From contig NW_027191404.1 in assembly GCF_041146345.1 (NCBI RefSeq), positions 992,001-1,056,000 on the forward strand: DNA of 64,000 nucleotides, given 5' to 3'. Below are positions 61,071-64,000 of the stretch, one piece after another. Positions within the stretch are counted from its first letter, which is position 1, and the number at the start of each line of letters is the position of its first letter. The DNA is from Neodothiora populina. Lineage: Eukaryota. The notes under the pieces were generated by a model. That model ran no database searches. It was not told the origin of the DNA and saw only the letters and a list, made by a program, of their open reading frames with translations. The position numbers and the translations under genes are program-made.

Positions 61071-63161
61071 TCAAATGCCAGGGGGTATCATAGGAGTAAG
61101 TCGCGCCAATGCTTCGTAGTCATCTGGAAGGCCGTACGCATCGAGGTTGTGATGTCGCCAGTCGTGCCAGTGACGGTAGCACGCGTAGACAGTCAGCACG
61201 AAAGAAATCGCGCAGAGACAGAACATGGCTAGTCTGAATGATGAATTGGGCGTGGTCAGGTGGTCGAAGGGATTGCTGGTCGAGATGACGGCGGTAGCGT
61301 TGGAACTTGTCTCTATAGTGATCAAGTACTGTTTACCATGTGTCAGTGTCATTGAATTCATCGTTGCAGTTTGAGCAAAGGCACAACTTACCTCTTTGTC
61401 CGCGCGATCAATGATACGGCTTATGCCTAGAGTATTGCCATCTCTGTCGAGTGCCACAACTCGCACGTATCTCTCGATCTCATCGCCGTCGAAATCGATC
61501 TTCGATTCGAAGCCTTGCCGTGGGACTTGCAGTACGGGGTCCCACCTGTACGCTGTCTTAGGCTCGCTGGAATGTTGAAGTTGCCACGTCTTGACCTCGG
61601 TCGCCCCGTTCCAGCTGACGTATATGGTGTCGTGATGAGCGTCTATCTTGACAGCTGGTGGATAGAGAGGCTGTCCCTTCCATGTATCTTTGAAAACTCG
61701 GTAGCTCTGAACGTAAGTCCCTTCGATTGCAACTTGAGGCGCAAAATGTGTGTCACATATCACACGTCCATTGGCTGCAAACTCTGTGAAAACTGGTCGT
61801 TGGCCATAGCCAAGTCCAATGGTTGGGTCTTTATTTAGGTCCTTGGATGGAATAATCTCTAAGTTCCCTTGACTGTCCGAACTGAGATTCTCTGGATGAA
61901 TATAAGTGTTGACAAGCTTTACTGTGTAGCCATCAACGACATTGCTAGGGAGGGATGGAGATCGAGACATAATTCCAGCCATTTCAGAGGTACGAGCCTT
62001 ATAGCTACCGCGCGATTGTGAGGCATTCTCCCTGGTGGGATACGAAATCTGTAGGATCATGCCTCGAGATACCTCACGAACCCTAATCCTATCATCTGCT
62101 CCATTGTCGAACAGGGACACAAGTTTCTGAGACCTGTGTTGCCTGTCTACTGCTTTCTGGTAGATTCTGATCTCATCTTTCAAGAGTTCGGGGAAGTCAA
62201 TTAACTCGCGCAATCGTGCGTAATGCTGAGAAGCGAAATTCAGAGCCTGACCATTACTCAAGTCTTTAAACATGTTTCGTTTGCCACCGAGAATCCATAT
62301 GATCTTGCCCGTTCTGCCATCGATATATGACAGAGTGTTGGTGTACCGGGCTGAGACAAAGTAATTTCCAAGGTCGTCCTTCTGTATGCTGTTAAGGTGA
62401 AACCAGTCCCATGCAGCTTGGCTACCTCTACCATGGGTTCCAATACTGCTATAAGTCTCGTCAAGTGAGTGATGATCCGACGCGCGCCATTCAAACAGCA
62501 AGTGGTTGGTCTCGAGATCAACTTCCTGAAACAGGCAGTCCCAGATCCAGATCCTCTTCCCGTAAGCCTTGATTGCGGTGATCTGATAGATAGAAAAAAG
62601 GGCTGTACCTTCCAGTGTAATAGTAAGCTCGTGAAGGTCTGCATGCAACCCATTCACCGGTTCCAATCTGGCCACCTCTTGGTAACTCGAGTTTAACTAC
62701 GGTCACGTTAGCATTTCTCGATACTATGTTGACTGTCGGCTTACCATGGAATAGTAGCCTTCGCCGTGACCACCAACAGTGTCGTCACCAACCCAAAATG
62801 TTAGGTGTTTCTGCCCTCGGTACTGCTGTACTTTGAGGTTGTAAGGTTGGTCGTGACCAATGTCGAGAGCCCATATCAGGTGCCCCTTGTCGTCCAGAAT
62901 CATAGGGCCCAGCGTTGACACAGGCTCTCCTCGAAGGGTGACGAAGATATAATGGTCGTCGTAGCATGCCGGTGTGTTGACAATTCTTCGCACCACAGGC
63001 GAAGTTAGATCGCTTGTTCTGTACGAACGGTAAGGATACTCTCCATAGTCCTCCTCCCAAGCTCGACCGTCGTCAGGGTCGAAGTTGTCGCCAACATCGT
63101 CACCTTTGACATAGAGCAGAGTAAAGAGAAGATAGAGAAGGACGCATCCTATGCGCTTCAT
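61071..63161 (-). CDS. Arylsulfotransferase (ASST)-like secretory protein with C-terminal membrane anchor; exons 62745-63161, 61392-62696, 61071-61328
   Basis: Signal peptide; GPMILDDKGHLIW, LKVQQYRGQKHLTFWVG, ADLHEL, FQEVDLETNHLLFEWRASDH, DWFHLNSIQKD..GNYFVSAR, WILGGKRN, FASQHYAR, SLFDNG, YVSWNGATEV; hydrophobic LAMFCLCAISFVLTVYACY near the C-terminus. Confidence 0.85.
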
Positions 63162-64000
63162 TGACAACAGTACTCCACTAATGTCGACAGGCCGGACAAA
63201 TCACTCCAGGCGACAGATGGGTACACTTGAAACCCACACCACGGCTTCCGCTAGCTCAGAAGCATAACTGATCGGAAGCGAGGATGTCACGTCAAGTTGC
63301 GTATATCGCGTATGTCGCTTGTGCCGGTCGATAACCAGAAAAGTGAGAAGAGATAGGGAGGGTAAAGCGATTGAAAGAGGCTACAAGAGATTGGACCACC
63401 TTGTGTTTTGTATATTTAGGGAGTGATGAACTTGCGCATAATGGAAAGACCTATATAATGCTTACCTCGACCGGGGGCACTCAGACCATGCAACTAAACT
63501 TTGACAATACAGTAATGCAGACATAAGCTGACGGGGCCCCACAACATACCGAAGCGTTCATGTGTAGTTAAACAAAAATCGGGCGTTTAGTTGCAACACG
63601 CAGATCCGACATCAGCAATAGGCGATAAGAACGAGACGGCTGTGAGCCTTTGATTTACACACAACGGTATTGGCCTTTCGGATGTAAGCAGCTGCAGACG
63701 GCCGTCATGTTATGTTGCACGAGTGTATAAGTATAGCAGTCCCATGCACGGTCGTGTAGAGTCGATCATTGAGTGTCTGTAGCTTGGCCAGGGGCTTCAT
63801 ATATGGTCAAAGTGCAGCCAACAGTGTCCGCGGGTGGGCGTGAGTGCTGTCAATGCCCCGATAGAAGGATGATAGGTCGGCACTAGATTTATGAGCCTTG
63901 ACTACGAAGGTGACTTGTACTGCACACCATAATTCAAGGATGTGTCCGACGAGAACGACGAATCTTCGCGACTGCGGAGAGTCCCACCAGCGACGCCCGA

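Overview
Intron-containing, GC-moderate DNA from a filamentous ascomycete (Pezizomycotina). The gene sequences look Eurotiomycetes/Chaetothyriales-like, but that is an impression only. I can support about 16 protein-coding loci, with exon structures reconstructed by hand from splice-site, branch-point and reading-frame logic: FlbE-like regulator, LENG1/Cir_N protein, an FKBP PPIase fused to a STIMATE/YPL162C-type membrane domain, a monomeric CAK (Csk1-like) kinase with a KIX-like N-terminus, Syp1 muniscin, a PAS-containing hybrid histidine kinase, HymA/Mo25, Lte1-like RasGEF, a CCCH zinc-finger gene interrupted by an in-frame TAG, RPL19, a GH93 arabinanase, OST3/6, a coiled-coil protein, a Q/P-rich Bop3-like protein, a frameshifted DUF3431 gene and a membrane-anchored arylsulfotransferase-like gene. 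I recognised no rRNA, tRNA, CRISPR array or intact transposon. The most notable items are the FKBP-STIMATE fusion, the in-frame UAG in an otherwise open CCCH gene, the ASST + DUF3431 secretory-pathway pair, the split GAF-like region and pseudo-receiver of the histidine kinase, and a recurrent TACCT(A/T)/TACAGTA palindromic motif family in intergenic DNA. Family assignments come from remembered motifs, not database searches.
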